DNA of 64,000 nucleotides from Cyanophora paradoxa CCMP329 (lineage: Eukaryota > Plantae > Glaucophyta). Positions within the stretch are counted from its first letter, which is position 1. The number at the start of each line of letters is the position of its first letter. This document shows, piece after piece, positions 1 to 19,376 of this stretch. Position numbers and translations under genes: made by a program. The DNA is taken from NCBI GenBank assembly GCA_004431415.1, contig QPMI01000244.1, positions 17,496 to 81,495 on the forward strand, in the 5' to 3' direction. The notes below the pieces were generated by a model. It ran no database searches. It saw only the letters and a list, made by a program, of their open reading frames with translations, and was not told where the DNA came from.

Positions 1-2368
1 GGCGCCCTGCGCGCAGCTGCTCAGAGCGGCGGCCGCAGGTGAACGCGTACACGAAGAGCCAGGAGGAGATCGCGCGCCTCAAGAACCCCGACCCCAGCGA
101 CCCCGGTCCGCGCCCGCCCCCGCCCCGCCCCCGCCCGTGGTACCCGCTGGCGGGGCGAGGGCGAACGGGGACGGGCGGCAGACGGGATGGGCGCCGTCAT
201 CGTTTTCACCACGCAGCAGCTCATCTACTGTGCGCCCGCCCGCCCTCCGAGACTCGCCCTCGCTCGCTCGCCGCGCGACCGGCCCCGCCGACCGCCGCCT
301 CCCTCCCCCGCGCGGCGGCGCGCAGCGTGGCGTGTGAACACGATCATGTGTTTCGCGAACCGGCGGCTGCGCGACGGCTCCTGCCTTGCCATCAAAGTCG
401 CCGTCGACCGCCGCGCCGACGGCGTCTGGTGCCCCCGCGCCCGCCCCCCCGCCAGACTTGCCGGCCTAGGCCTCCGCCCCGCGGCATGCTGAGCGGCGGC
501 GGGGCCGGCCCGCAGGTCGACGCGGCGGTACCTGGAGAAGTCGTTCGCGCTCTCGTACTGGCACGTGCGGGCGACGCCGGCCGGCTGCCACCTCAGCTAC
601 AGCTGGCAGGAGAAGGTGCCCGGGGCGCTCGCGCTCGTCGGGCGCCTCCACGCCCCAGCCCCGGGCCCGGCCTGACCGCCCGCTCCCCCGCGCTGCCCGG
701 CAGGCGACGCTGCCGATCGTCCGCTTCTTCGCGCCCTCCCTCGTTCGCCAGCTCTGCGCCCGCTCCGCCGCCCTCAACATCGTGCGCCCCGCCCCGCCCC
801 GCCCTGGGCCGCGAGCCGGGCTCCCGCGCCCGGGCCCGACGCGCGTCCGCGCGCAGGTCGGCTTCCAGCGGGTCATCCTCTCGGACGTGGCGGCGGCCGG
901 CGGGGGCGCGGGCGCGGCCCGGGGGGCCCCGGCTTCCGGCCGCGCTCGTTCGCCTCGGGGAGCGCGGCGGCGCCGGCGGGCCTCGGCTCCGGCCTGGGCG
1001 CCTCGCTCGAGCGCCCGGACGCCTCGCCCTTCGTGGTCCTCTCGTGCCGCCCGGCGGCCGCGGCCGGCGGGGACAGGACCAACCGGGCCCGCCCCAACGA
1101 TCTCTTCTGGGGCCTCATGGGCGTCGAGGCGCGCCGCCGCCCCCCCGCCTCCCCGCCGCGCGCCGCCGCCTGACGCCGGGGCGCAGGGCGAGGAGGGGCA
1201 CTGGGAGCACTCGCCGGCCGCCCGCCTCGCCCGCATCCCCGCTGCGCCCGCCCCGGGAGACTGGCCCCCTGCCGCCCCCCCCGGCGACCCCTCGCCGTCT
1301 CCGCCCAGGTCCCCGCCGCGCCCGCCCGCCCCTCTGCCGGCGGTTGAGGCCCGGGGGGGTAGGTGATCGAGGAGGACTGCCGCACGGCCCCGGACCCCGT
1401 CGGGGCCACCCAGGTCCGTCCGCGCTGTCGCCCCGCCCCTCCCCCCTCCCCGCCCCCCGCCACCTGACGCGCGTACCCCCCCCTAGTTCGGGGAGGCGGT
1501 GCGGGCCTCGATGGACCTCTCCGTGCACCTCGAGCGCCTCTACGTCTCCGGCGCCGCGGTACCCCCCTCCAGCCCCGCCCCCTCCTCGGCGGCCTCCACC
1601 TCCGCCTCGGCCCCGTCTCCCTCGGGCTCCTCCCTGTGGTCCCCAGCCGGCCTCGCCATCCCCAGCGGCCCCTCCACGCCCCTCTCCGACCCCGCCCCCG
1701 GCCCCGGCCCTGGCCCCAGCCCCGGCCCCGGCCCCGGCCCCGGCCCCGGCCCCGTGGCGGGGCCGGGGTCGCGGCCGCGGGGCGCGCTGCCTCGGGAGGC
1801 GCCGGGGGTCGGGGAGCCCAAGGCGCGGGCGCGGCGCTGCTCGGAGCTCGACGACCCGCCGCCCTCCTCGCAGCCGCCCCCGCGCGCCCGCCCGACCCGC
1901 CCGCCCCCCACGCCCCCGAGGCCAGGGCGGGGCCGGACGCCGGGGCCCGCCCCCGGCCGCAGGCCAAGGAGGACAGCCCCGACGAGGCGCCCCCGAGGAG
2001 CCGGCCGGCAGGGCCCCCGCCCCGCCCCCGCCGCCGCCCCGCCCCTTTCCCCTCAACTTCCCCGTCTTCGCCACCGGCGCCCCGGCCCCCGCCCATCGCC
2101 CCCGGAGCCCGCCCCCACGTGCGCCGCCCCTCCCCGCCCCCCACGTGCGCCGCCCCTCCCCGCCCCGCCCGCCTCGCGGGCGCAGGCTGACGGTGGGCGC
2201 CGCCCGCCCGATCAGATCTTCGAAGGCCCCGAGGTCTTCAAGGCGGACTGCTCGGTGCTGCCCGCCCCCGCCAGCCAGCAGCCCCCGCCCGCCCGCCGCG
2301 GCTCAGGCGCCGCCCCCGCCCCCGAGCGGGGCCCCTGGCACGGCCTGCTCGCCCCCGGGGGGACTTGA
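1..2368 (+). CDS. 3' part of a multi-exon hypothetical protein (5' end outside window)
   Basis: Coding-like exons (VNAYTKSQEEIARLKNPDP; GMGAVIVFTTQQLIY; WRVNTIMCFANRRLRDGSCLAIKVAVD; RRYLEKSFALSYWHVRATPAGCHLSYSWQEK; IFEGPEVFKADCSVLP...GGT*) are separated by short C-rich/G-rich introns ending in CAG; TGA at 2366-2368. Confidence 0.55.
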
Positions 2369-2534
2369 CCATGGGCCGGCGCCCTCCTCACCTCCGCGAA
2401 TGCTTCGAATGTGTGCGTTTGCGAGAATTCGCGGTCGCGCTTGGAACAGCCCCGGACCCGCCTCTAGGCCTGCCTCAGTTAGCGCAGTCGATAACTCGAG
2501 ATCTGCATGTCTGCATCGCCAGCGGTACCAGTAC

Positions 2535-3213
2535 CAGTGATGGTATTATTAATTCTTGGCAAATCGCGACCGCTATTGATAATCTTTAGCGCAGTGGTAT
2601 AAGGTCGTGCTACGACCTCCCGGATTCCCGGGTTCGGTTCCTGCTGTTTCCGCTACGTTGTACTTCGAATCCCTGTGATTCCCGATACCGTGACTTGTAT
2701 CCTCGTTGTGTACTACGAGTGGGCACGCCCACCGTAGATCTTTAAAAAAATAATTGATAATCTTTAGCACCATTATTTTATATTATTATTATGGCACTGT
2801 ATGTTATCGATAACCACACCCACAAGCGCCATAGAAACCCCGCTCGGGCAGAGCAGAAACGTCGCCAAACTGTTCAGAACGCTCTCTTATCCACTATCCA
2901 AAGCAATTAAACGCTGCTGACCAGCTCATAGAAGTCTACAGGCAGAAAGACGAGGGGTAGTCATCCGGCATCCGTCGCATCAGAGCCTGCTGGCTTTTCC
3001 CTGGTGTCTGACATCATTCTTAAACGTTCTGCTGTCATTCTTGATCGTTTCTGCGCGTTGTTGCGCGAGGAAAATGGGACTTTTGCACCGTACCCCCATT
3101 AATTAGCGGTACTATCGATAACCCCTGGAATTTGGCACCACTATCAATAATCAAAATACCTGGGTTAAAATAATGGTTGCTAAAATATGTTATCAATAAC
3201 CCAGCCATCACTG
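2535..3213. mobile_element. Non-autonomous hAT-type DNA transposon (MITE-like, 679 bp)
   Basis: TIR CAGTGATGG (2535-2543) / CCATCACTG (3205-3213); perfect 8-bp TSD ACCAGTAC (2527-2534, 3214-3221); AT-rich interior with repeated TATYGATAA-type motifs in both orientations; no transposase ORF. Confidence 0.88.
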
Positions 3214-3711
3214 ACCAGTACTACCGAGGTAGTAACTCGGGCAGTCGACGTCGGGATGATGGGACCATCCGAACATTTTCCGATTCATTGGTGAAAGCGA
3301 ACACATGAATGGACTCGGCTCATGCTGCGAGGAGGCATCTGAGCTGCCGTCAGGCTGGCGTCAGCCTGCCGATTCGCGCTCGGTACGTATACCGGTACCG
3401 GCGCGGCGGCGCCGGGCCGCCGCCGGCCCCGACGGGCCGGCGACGGCCCGCCGCCGGGGCCGCCGGCCGAAACTTCAAGGGCAAAAAGATCTTGTGCATG
3501 GCATGCACCGTGGCACGTGAGGAATCACGTACTGACTCCTGAGGATCGCGATCGCAAATGGCGTCCCCCCGCCGGGATCCCGGCCGGTCCCTGGCCCATC
3601 CCATATGCATCTTCGCGCACTAGTACTGCAGCAGAAACTAGCTGCGCATGCGGCCTGCAGCCTGCAGCAGAACTGCCTGCCCGCCTTCAACTTGCAATTG
3701 GCAATTCGTCC

Positions 3712-10969
<7,258 letters not shown>

Positions 10970-11359
10970 GCCCCGCCCGGCCCCGCGCGGGCGCCGCGGC
11001 GCGTCGACGTCGTGTGCACTCAAGATCTGGTTGGCATTGATGACTTCTGATTCGTGAATCTTGGTTTCTTCGGTTCTCGATCATTTTCCTTTTAGTTCGT
11101 GAATATTAGTTTCTTTAGTTCTCGACCACTTGCCCTCATGATCATGTGCGCGCACCCCCGCGCGAATGCATATTCACGTTTTGTTGTTCTAGATGGTTTT
11201 GCGGACTGTGTCGGACCATATGCATTGCACTTTGTCTCATAATCAGATCTATAGTCCGAGTCACATTTCGATATATTCCAATCGTCATACGCATTGAAAT
11301 GCAACCAGGCGTACATGCAAGGCCATTCACATTATATTGTTGGCTGTGAAAGATCTAGC

Positions 11360-12089
11360 TATAGACCGGCGAGTGCGGATGAACTCGAAGGGCCATACTC
11401 TGGGGGCACTGCGGAATTGGACTTCCGGGAAGGGCCTACGGGGCAAATTAAATTGAAGATCCTATATATGTTTATAAATAGCTAAATATGCCGGCCGCGC
11501 GGGGATCAGTCCGATTTGAGTCCACGCTTAGTCCTGGGATGGGGCGCCTACAGGCTCCCGAATCCACCGCCCGAACCGAATCCGCCGCCGGCCCCTCCCG
11601 GGCCGCCCCCTACGCCCCGGAACTCCGGCAGCTGCAGGTCCGCCTGCCGTGTCGGGACGGGGCGCACCCCGGCGGCCTCTCCTCGCGCCCCTTCGGGCAC
11701 CGTCGGCTCCGCCGTGCCGCCGTCGAGACCCGCGCCCGCGCCGCCCGCGCCCGCGCCGCCCAGCCCGCGGCCGCCACCGATCCCCAGTTCACGCGCGGCG
11801 GATCCTGAGCGCGAAAACCATTTCGCGAGACGAAGAAATTTAAAGAATCGTGAATTATCGATTTCGCGCACCGATACCGCGGCTCAGGTCGAGCCCGGCG
11901 GGCTCGCCGCGCGCAATCTCCTGGATGGGCGGCGGGCCCCTGTCGCCTGCGAAATTAAAATGGTTAATGTTCGAGGATTCGGGGCGCGCGCGGCGGAAAT
12001 GCACCGCCCTGTGCGCCCTCGTCGTGGGCGGGGATGTGGTCCAGCTCCGGTATGTCAACGTTGTGTTCTTCTTCGGGCCGCTGCGCCAT
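11360..12089 (-). CDS. Possible small multi-exon hypothetical protein
   Basis: ATG 12089 (MAQRPEEEHNVDIPELDHIPP) is followed by plausible GT..CAG introns and a GDRGPPPIQEIARGEP exon; no recognisable domain and the end is uncertain. Confidence 0.25.
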
Positions 12090-12626
12090 TGCTTGCGTCT
12101 GATCTGTTGTTTGCGGTGCGCGACCGCCGACAGATCCAGCTAGGGAATTCGAAAGGGGGAAGATTACATAGACGATCTCGAGCTCTCATGCTATATATAG
12201 CGTCGACGTCGACGCCTCGAGCTCGTCGACGTCGATCCTACTCGAGCGCGCGAGACCTAATCCGGATCTCAAATGAGTAATATTAATGTCATCGATATCG
12301 ATATATATCCTTGGTTCCCTCATGCAGCTAGCCCCGGCAAAATCAGGCCAATACTCAGGTTGTATTTACAGAACTTAGAGCACCCCTACAGTGCGCAAGG
12401 GGATCGGATCCGGAGCCTCAGCATCGCGCGCCGCCGGGCCTACGCGAGAAGGCGCAGATTCTGCTCCTGTTCAGCAATTGGCGATCGGGCCCGCTGGGCA
12501 GGGACGGTTTAGCGGGGAGGGGCAGGTGCGAAATCGAAAGAGGGAAAGTCTTCATGGCAGGCGGTAGGAGGGGCGCGGCGGGCCCGCGGGGCGGGGCGGA
12601 GCCGGAGGGCCGCTCGCGCGGGCCGC

Positions 12627-14529
12627 TCAGACGCTCTCGCAGAGGAAGGCGGTGGTGGGCACCAGCCGCCCCTCGGGGCACAGCGCCTCCGCCGTCGCCG
12701 GCTGCAGACGCCAGCGGATCAGCGAAGCATTATTTATGAGATTCGAAGAAAATTGGCGCGGGGCGCACGGTCGGGGAGGGCAGTTCCAGCTCCAGCGTCG
12801 CTGCGGGCCAGGGGGGCCGCGATCAGGCGGGAGGGGCGGCACGGAGGGAGGGCGCAGGGGCGCGGGGGCGCACAGGTCGGGGTGGGGCTCGGCGTGGGGG
12901 TCGGGGATGCGGAGGGGGTGGGGGACCCTGCGGCCGCCGGCAGCTCGAGCTCGCAGAGGAAGACGGTGGCGGGGACCAGCTCGCCCCCCGGGCACACCGC
13001 CTCCGCCGTCCCCGGCTGCGCGTGAGGAAGACGGGCCGGACCTCGAGTGAGGCCGAAGCCGTTCGAGGGGGCGGGCGGGCGGGGCGGACGGTCGGGGTGG
13101 GTAGCTCGAGTGCGATGGCGAGCGGCAGCGTCGCTGCGGCGCGCCGGCGGGCGCGGTCGGCCGCGGACGAGGAGGGCGGTGGGGGGGCGGGGGACGAGGG
13201 AGAGCGCGTGCGCAGGGCGCGCACGGCTCGGGGTCGGGCTCAGCGTGGACTCGAAGCTGGCCGACGCTGCGGGCGGGGCGGCGTTGGAGGGCGCCGGGAC
13301 GAAGACGCTCAGAGCGGGCCAGGGCGCACGGGTCGGCGAGCGGGTCGGCGACGCCGTCGGCGAGGCTGCGGGCGCGGGGCGTCAGGGGCGGCCGCGACGT
13401 CAGCGGGGAGATTCAAGAGGCGGCTCGCCGGTCTCGGAGGCGGCGGGCGTGGCCGTCGGGATCGCCTCGGGCGTCACCTCGAACGTCTCCGTCGGGCCTG
13501 CCGCGCGGCGCGGCGGCTTCAGGCGCTGCAAACGTGCGCAGAGTGCGTCCTCGGGGCGCACTGGCGGTCGCAGTCGGCGACACTGACACTGCACGCGCGG
13601 GGGTGAGGGCGAGCCTCGAAACTCACGCAAGCTCGCGAGCACGGGGGCGGGCACGGGGCCGCACCGGAGGGCGAGGGGGCCGGCGTCGCGGTCGTCGGGG
13701 CCGGCGTCTCGGTCGCCGGAGCGGGTGTCTCGGTCACGGCCGGGGTGGCCGTCGCCGTCGCTGCCGTTTCGGCTCAACCGGCGCGGCGCCGGGGCCTGCG
13801 CTGGCGCGGGGCGCACCGTTCGGGGCGGAGGTCGGCTGCTCGGCGCCGGCGCCGGCGGCCACGCAGGTGGTGCCGCCCAGGCAGCGCGGCGTGGCGGAGC
13901 CGCAGCAGAACTGCGCCGTGCCCGCCCCGCAGCAGTCCTGCGCCGAGCCCGCGGCCGTGAGCGCAGGCTCGAGGCGCGCGGGCGCCGACCGCGGCCGGCC
14001 CGGCGGCCGGCTTCATATGAGGGGCGCATGCGCACCTGTCCGGTGGGGCAGCAGCTCGGGCCGCAGCAGTTCTCTTGTCCGGAGCGGCAGCTGCGGCGGG
14101 GCCCGGGCGTCAGGAGCTCGAACAGAGAGCGGGGCGGCGCTGCGATCCGCCGCACGCGAAAGAGAAGAGGCCCGTGCTGCAGCTGCGAGGCGGTTGGGAC
14201 CGGGGAGCGGCGCGAGGGCGCTTGTCGCGCACCAGAAGTGAGTGGAGCGGGATCCTTCGACGCACGATTCGCCGCAGCAGAGCGTGTCTGAGCGCGCGCG
14301 CGCAGGTACCCGGTCGTTGCCAACAGAGGGCGAAAAGGAGGAGGCCCCGCGCGGTCGGCCATTTTCAAAGCAAAGCTATCAATATGCTAAAGAGCGAAAT
14401 TTAATGGGCTCAGTCGGGAAGCGCACTCGAATCGCAGACGGGGCACGTCGCCGTCTGCGCGCGGGCGCCCGGCGCGAGCGCCAGAGCCAGCAGCAGCAAC
14501 AAGGATCCAAGAATCGTCGAGCGCATCAT
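12627..14529 (-). CDS. Secreted Cys-rich, Pro/Thr-rich protein; multi-exon
   Basis: MMRSTILGSLLLLLALALAPG signal peptide; CC clusters (ENCCGPSCCP); TETPAPATETPAP linker; duplicated C-terminal motif AEAxCPxGxLVPxTxFLCE; stop at 12627-12629. Confidence 0.6.
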
Positions 14530-14749
14530 TTCGAGGGCTCGATCACCGCCAGGTGCGCAGCTGGTGTTGTTCGGGTGGTCTGTTCGGACGAAGGGGAGAG
14601 GCGTTATTTGGCCGTGGGCGCGATCGGGGTGCGAGCGTGCGCGGGAAGGCGCCGCGCACGTGTTCGTTCGTGCGATCGGGACGCAGGAGCGCGGTTTTCA
14701 CAATCCGCCGACAATGAGGGGTACAGTGCGAAGTGACCCCTAGCAAAAA
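14530..14749. promoter_or_regulatory. Short divergent intergenic region, candidate bidirectional promoter
   Basis: 220 bp between opposite-facing ATGs at 14529 (-) and 14750 (+); inferred from geometry only. Confidence 0.35.
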
Positions 14750-17700
14750 ATGTCGGGCGATGCGGCGGATGAGTTTCTGGACGCGCTCCTGCGCCTCCCG
14801 TCTGTCCGAGGGACCTTCCTGCGCTCGCCGGACGGGAAGAAGGTGCGGCGAGGGTTGCATGGGCCAGCGCCGCGCGCGGCGAGAGCGGGGCCGGGAGCGC
14901 GCTAGGACGGTCATTGGAGCGATTTGCAACGCGCCAGCGCGGTCGAGAGACCACCCGTCGAATCCCTCCCCGCCGGATGAAGCGCGCACGAGCGCGGAAT
15001 GCCAGGCGGGCGATCCGAGCAAGCCGTATGCGGGAGCGCGCTGGCGTCGATAGCTAACAGCGCGCCTAGCGGTGCCGCCGAGACCGTGCGCGCGCACGAC
15101 AAGCGTGGTCACATTTGGATAGTTATCGATATCATAGCCGGTCGTGTGGGCGGCGGCGCCGGTGCTCGCTGAGCGAGGGCGGCGCAGGTGGCGTTCACGG
15201 CGGACGGGCTGCAGCTGCGGCGGAACGTGTACGTGATCGACGTGGCGGAGCCGGAGCGGCCGCGGGTGCAGGCCGTGACGCGGGAGCCTGAGCACACGTA
15301 CCTCGTCGAATGGCTCCCCGACTCCTCCGGCGTCCGCCCCGCCCCCTCCGCGCCCCGCCCGGCCCCGCCCGAGCGGCGGGGCGGCAGGTGCTCGTCGAGC
15401 ACGACACCGCCGGCGACGAGCGCGACGTCCTCTACCGCGTACCCCTCCCCAAGGCAGCCGCCCCGTACCCCTCGCCGCGGGGCGTGGCCCGGGGCCCTGA
15501 CCGGCGTCGGGCGGGGCAGGCGGCGCAGGAGGGGTCGGAGGGCCCCAGCGCCGTCCAGCCCCCGGAGCCCCTCACGCCCATATCCTCCCCGCCGCCCCGC
15601 GCCCCGTTTCGGGCCTCCCCGCCCCGTGCCCTGCGCCCCGGCCCTTGACCCCGCGTCCCCACGAGAACCCGCAGTTCTACCTGCGCAGGCGCGCGATGCC
15701 CCTTCCCTCATCCTTCCCCCCCATTCTGATCTGAATCTGATCCGAGCGGCGGGGATGCGCAGCGCGCAGATGACGCCGGACGGGCACCAGCTCTACTACT
15801 TCGCCAACTACGAGTTCCAGAGGTGCTTGTACCCCCCCCCTGCTCGCGTGCGGCGCCGACGTACCCCCCCCGCAGCGAGAACGAGCTGGAGTGCAACATC
15901 ATGTACCAGCAGGACCTCCGCGAGGGCGCGCCCCGCGCCCGAGCCCGCCCCGCCCCCCTCCCCCCGCCGGCGCGGGGGCGCTGAGGAGGGGGGCGGGGGC
16001 AGGGACGATCACGGCGCTGAACGTGATGGAGAAGCCGGCGATGAACGAGCTGCTCCTCAACGAGCAGGCCGACCGCATCCTCTACTCCCGCTCCGACCGT
16101 GCCCCCGGCCCCCTCCTCCCCCCGGCCCCGCCCCGCCCGACGCGGCGGCCGCGGCAGAGCACCCGGCGGGGCGGCAGTGGTACATCATGACCCCCATGGC
16201 CGAGGAGGACACGCGCGCCCCGCCCCGCCCCGCCCCGCCCCGCCCCGCCCCACCCCGCCCCACCCCGGCGACTGCTCTGATTTCGGGGGCAGGTGCGTGC
16301 TGGACTTCGGCCCCGAGGCGCAGGTGGAGGCGGGGTGGCACCCCGACGGGCGCCGCCTCGCCTTCCTCACCGACTCCATCGACGCCACCCGCCTCCCCGT
16401 CCGCCCCGCCCCGCCCCGCCCCGCCCCGAGGTCCCCGGCTGCGCGCTAAGAACGGGCGCGGGGCAGGTGTCGCGGGCGGGGATCTGGACGCCCAGCGAGG
16501 GCTCCCCCGTCGGCGCCCCCGGCACCATCACCTGGGTCGGCGTTGAGACGTCCGCCCCGCCCCGCCCCGCCCGCCCGCCGACCCCCGCGCTGCCGGCGCG
16601 AGGGGCGCGGCACTGCGGCAGGGGCCTGGACTTCACTTCGGCGCGCTTCTCGAAGTACGACCCGCACACCCTCCTCCTCGAGTCCTGCACCAAGGTGCCC
16701 CCCAGCGCCCGCCCCGCCCCGCCCCGCCCCGCCCCGGCCTCCTCCTCAACGCGGCTGCAGGCGAGGACGGCGGCGCACATGTACGACCTGCGGACGGGGA
16801 CGCTCCGCGCCGTCGTCCACGAGGGCGGGGGCAGCCTCCTCCCCACAGACCCCCTCCCCGTCCGCACCCCCCGCCCGCCCCGCCCGCCCACCCCTCCGCC
16901 CCGCTCGACGCTCGAGCGCGGGGGCGCCTTGGGGGGCCAGGACGGGACGTGGCTGGCGCGGCAGTACGGCTCCACCTCCCCCGCCACCATCGTCCGCCCT
17001 CGCCCCTGCTTGAGCCGGCGGGGCGCTGAGGCCGTCGGGGCGGCAGGCGCGCGTGAAGCTCTCCGTCGAGGGCGCCACCGTCCGCGTCACCGAGGCGCCC
17101 CCTCCGCCCCGCCTCCCCCGCCCACGCCCTTGCCGGCCCTCACGCCGGGGCAGGCGGTGCCGCTCTTCTCGCCCTTCGCGGGGGCGCGGGTGAAGCAGTC
17201 GGAGCTCGTCCCCTGCGAGCCCCTCGAGTGGACCTCCCCCGACGGTCCGCCCCGCCGCCCGCGAGCCGGCCCGGCCCCGAGGCGGGGGCGAGCGGCCGGC
17301 AGGCACGGCGGTGCACGGGTGGCTCTACCGCAGCCCCGCACCGGACTGCAAGCGCGCCATCTTGTCCGCTCGCCCCGCCCGCCCCGCCCCGCGCCGCCGC
17401 AAAAGAGGCGAGGCGGGCTCGGGGGCAGGTACGTGCACGGGGGCCCGACGGCGCACTCGGAGGACGCCCTCAACGTCGAGATCCAGGTGCCCCGCCCGCC
17501 CTCTTCCCCCCTCCTCCTCCAGGGCCCCTCGGACCGGGGCGGGGGCGGGGGCGGGGGCCGGGTCGGGCAGTGGTACGTGCGGCGGGGCTTCCACGTGCTG
17601 GACCCCAACTACCGCGGCTCCACCGGCTACGGCGTCGGTGCGAGCCGCCCCCGCCCCCGCTCCCGCCTGCTCCCTGCCGCCGCCCCGTGCGACCCCGCTG

Positions 17701-18690
17701 CTGCGCGCCGCAGCGTTCCGGGAGGCGATCCGGGCGTGCGGCTGGGGCGCCCGCGAGCAGGAGGACATCGCCGCCGGCGCCGAGAAGCTGGCGAGCCGCC
17801 GCCCCCGTGCCCTCCTCGCGCAAGGGCCGAGCGGGGGCCGGGGGCCGGGGGCGGGCAGGTGGCGATGGGGCTGGTGGACGGGGAGGGCCCCGGCGGCGTG
17901 CCCCGCATCGGCATCACCGGTGCCCCCCGCCCCGCTCGCGCTTTCCGCCGGCGAGACGTGAGGCGGGCGCAGGGACCTCGTACGGCGGCTTCTCGAGCTG
18001 GTGCGCCATCTCCAAGCACCCGCGCACCTTCCGCGCCGCTGCCCCCGTCTGCGGCATGACCGGTCCGCTCCCCCCTCGCCATCAATCGCGAGCCCGGCCC
18101 CCACGCGCGCGCTCTGGAACAGACCTGATCGTGGACTACGAGACGACGCGGCCCGACCTCCGCCCCTACTCCGAGCAGATGATGGGCGGTGCGCCGCGGC
18201 CGGCCCCCGCCCTCCCTCCAGCGCCGGCGCCGGGGGCGAGAGGGTGGGGGGCAGGGACGCCGGCGACGGTGCCGGAGCGGTACCGCGACGGCTCGCCCAT
18301 CAACTTCCTCCACCAGGCCCGCCCCGCCCGCCCCGCCCGCCCCGCCCCCGTGGCCCCCGTGCCGGGGGCCTGAGGCGGGGGGGCGGGCCCCGGGGCGTGG
18401 GGGCAGGTGATGGGGAGGGTGCTGATCGTGCAGGGGATGCGGGACCCGAACGTGCACCCGAGCAACGTCAAGGCCGTCAACGAGGACCTCAAGCGGCCCG
18501 CCCCGCCCCGCCCCGCCCCCCGAGCCTCGGAGCCAGGCGCGGGCGGGGAGCTCACGGGCGGGCGCGCAGGTACAAGGTGGACGCGGCGCAGCTGCTGTTC
18601 CCGGACGAGGGGCACGGGATCCTGCGCAAGGAGAACCAGCGCATCAAGCTCGACAAGCTCGCCGCCTTCTTCGCCGCCGCCCTCGGCTAG
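14750..18690 (+). CDS. S9 family peptidase (acylaminoacyl/dipeptidyl aminopeptidase-like: beta-propeller plus alpha/beta hydrolase); multi-exon
   Basis: MSGDAADEFLDALLRLPSVRGTFLRSPDGKKVAF; WHPDGRRLAF; YVHGGPT; PNYRGSTGYG; nucleophile GITGTSYGG; QGMRDPNV (Asp); FPDEGHG (His); TAG at 18688-18690. Confidence 0.9.
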
Positions 18691-19376
18691 GCCCCCGACA
18701 CAGAGCCGGCACTTGGCTCGAGGGCCCGGCGATCCGTGTGTGCACGTGCGCGTCGATGTGCATCCATGATCACGTGCAGCTGCAGCTGCAGCTGCAGGGA
18801 CTTGAAGCTGCCGGCGCGCTGGCGCCGGCGCCGCGGCCGGCACTGCGGCCGCGCGCGGCACCCCGCGGCCGGCGCCGGCTAGCGCTGGCGCGCGCGCGCT
18901 TGAGCTCGAGGGACCTCGCACGCAGTATGATGATATGATCATGATCAGTCTGCACACTATAGCTATAGCTAGCCGGCGCCATGGCAGATCTAGATCCCAC
19001 GCGCATGCGCATGCATATGGTCATGCATATGGTCGACGTCATCATCCCACGCGCGCAGACGCGCCGCCACCTCCGCCTGGCCGATCGGGGCAGGAACGAG
19101 CATCCATTTGAAGTCGACGTTCTCGCTTGTGCTGCAAGTTGTGCGGCCGCTGCAAGTTTGCAATTGCAGTTGGGTACAGGAAACCGGCCGCGGAGCTCAC
19201 AGCGAGCTGCCATGCAGTACTAGTGCCATCGTCCGCAAGCTCCGAACGAATCGTGAGCCATCGAAAGAGTCGAAAGATCCATCGATTCGTCTTTAGGCCA
19301 GGCGCCTCGCAGCCGCTCGTCGGCCTCGCGGTCAGCCTCCCTTCTGCGCTTGCACCAAGGCACAGCGCGAAGTGCG

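Noticed and set aside
180-790. START/SRPBCC domain in the first gene
   Set aside because: Only a vague secondary-structure resemblance with no diagnostic motif.
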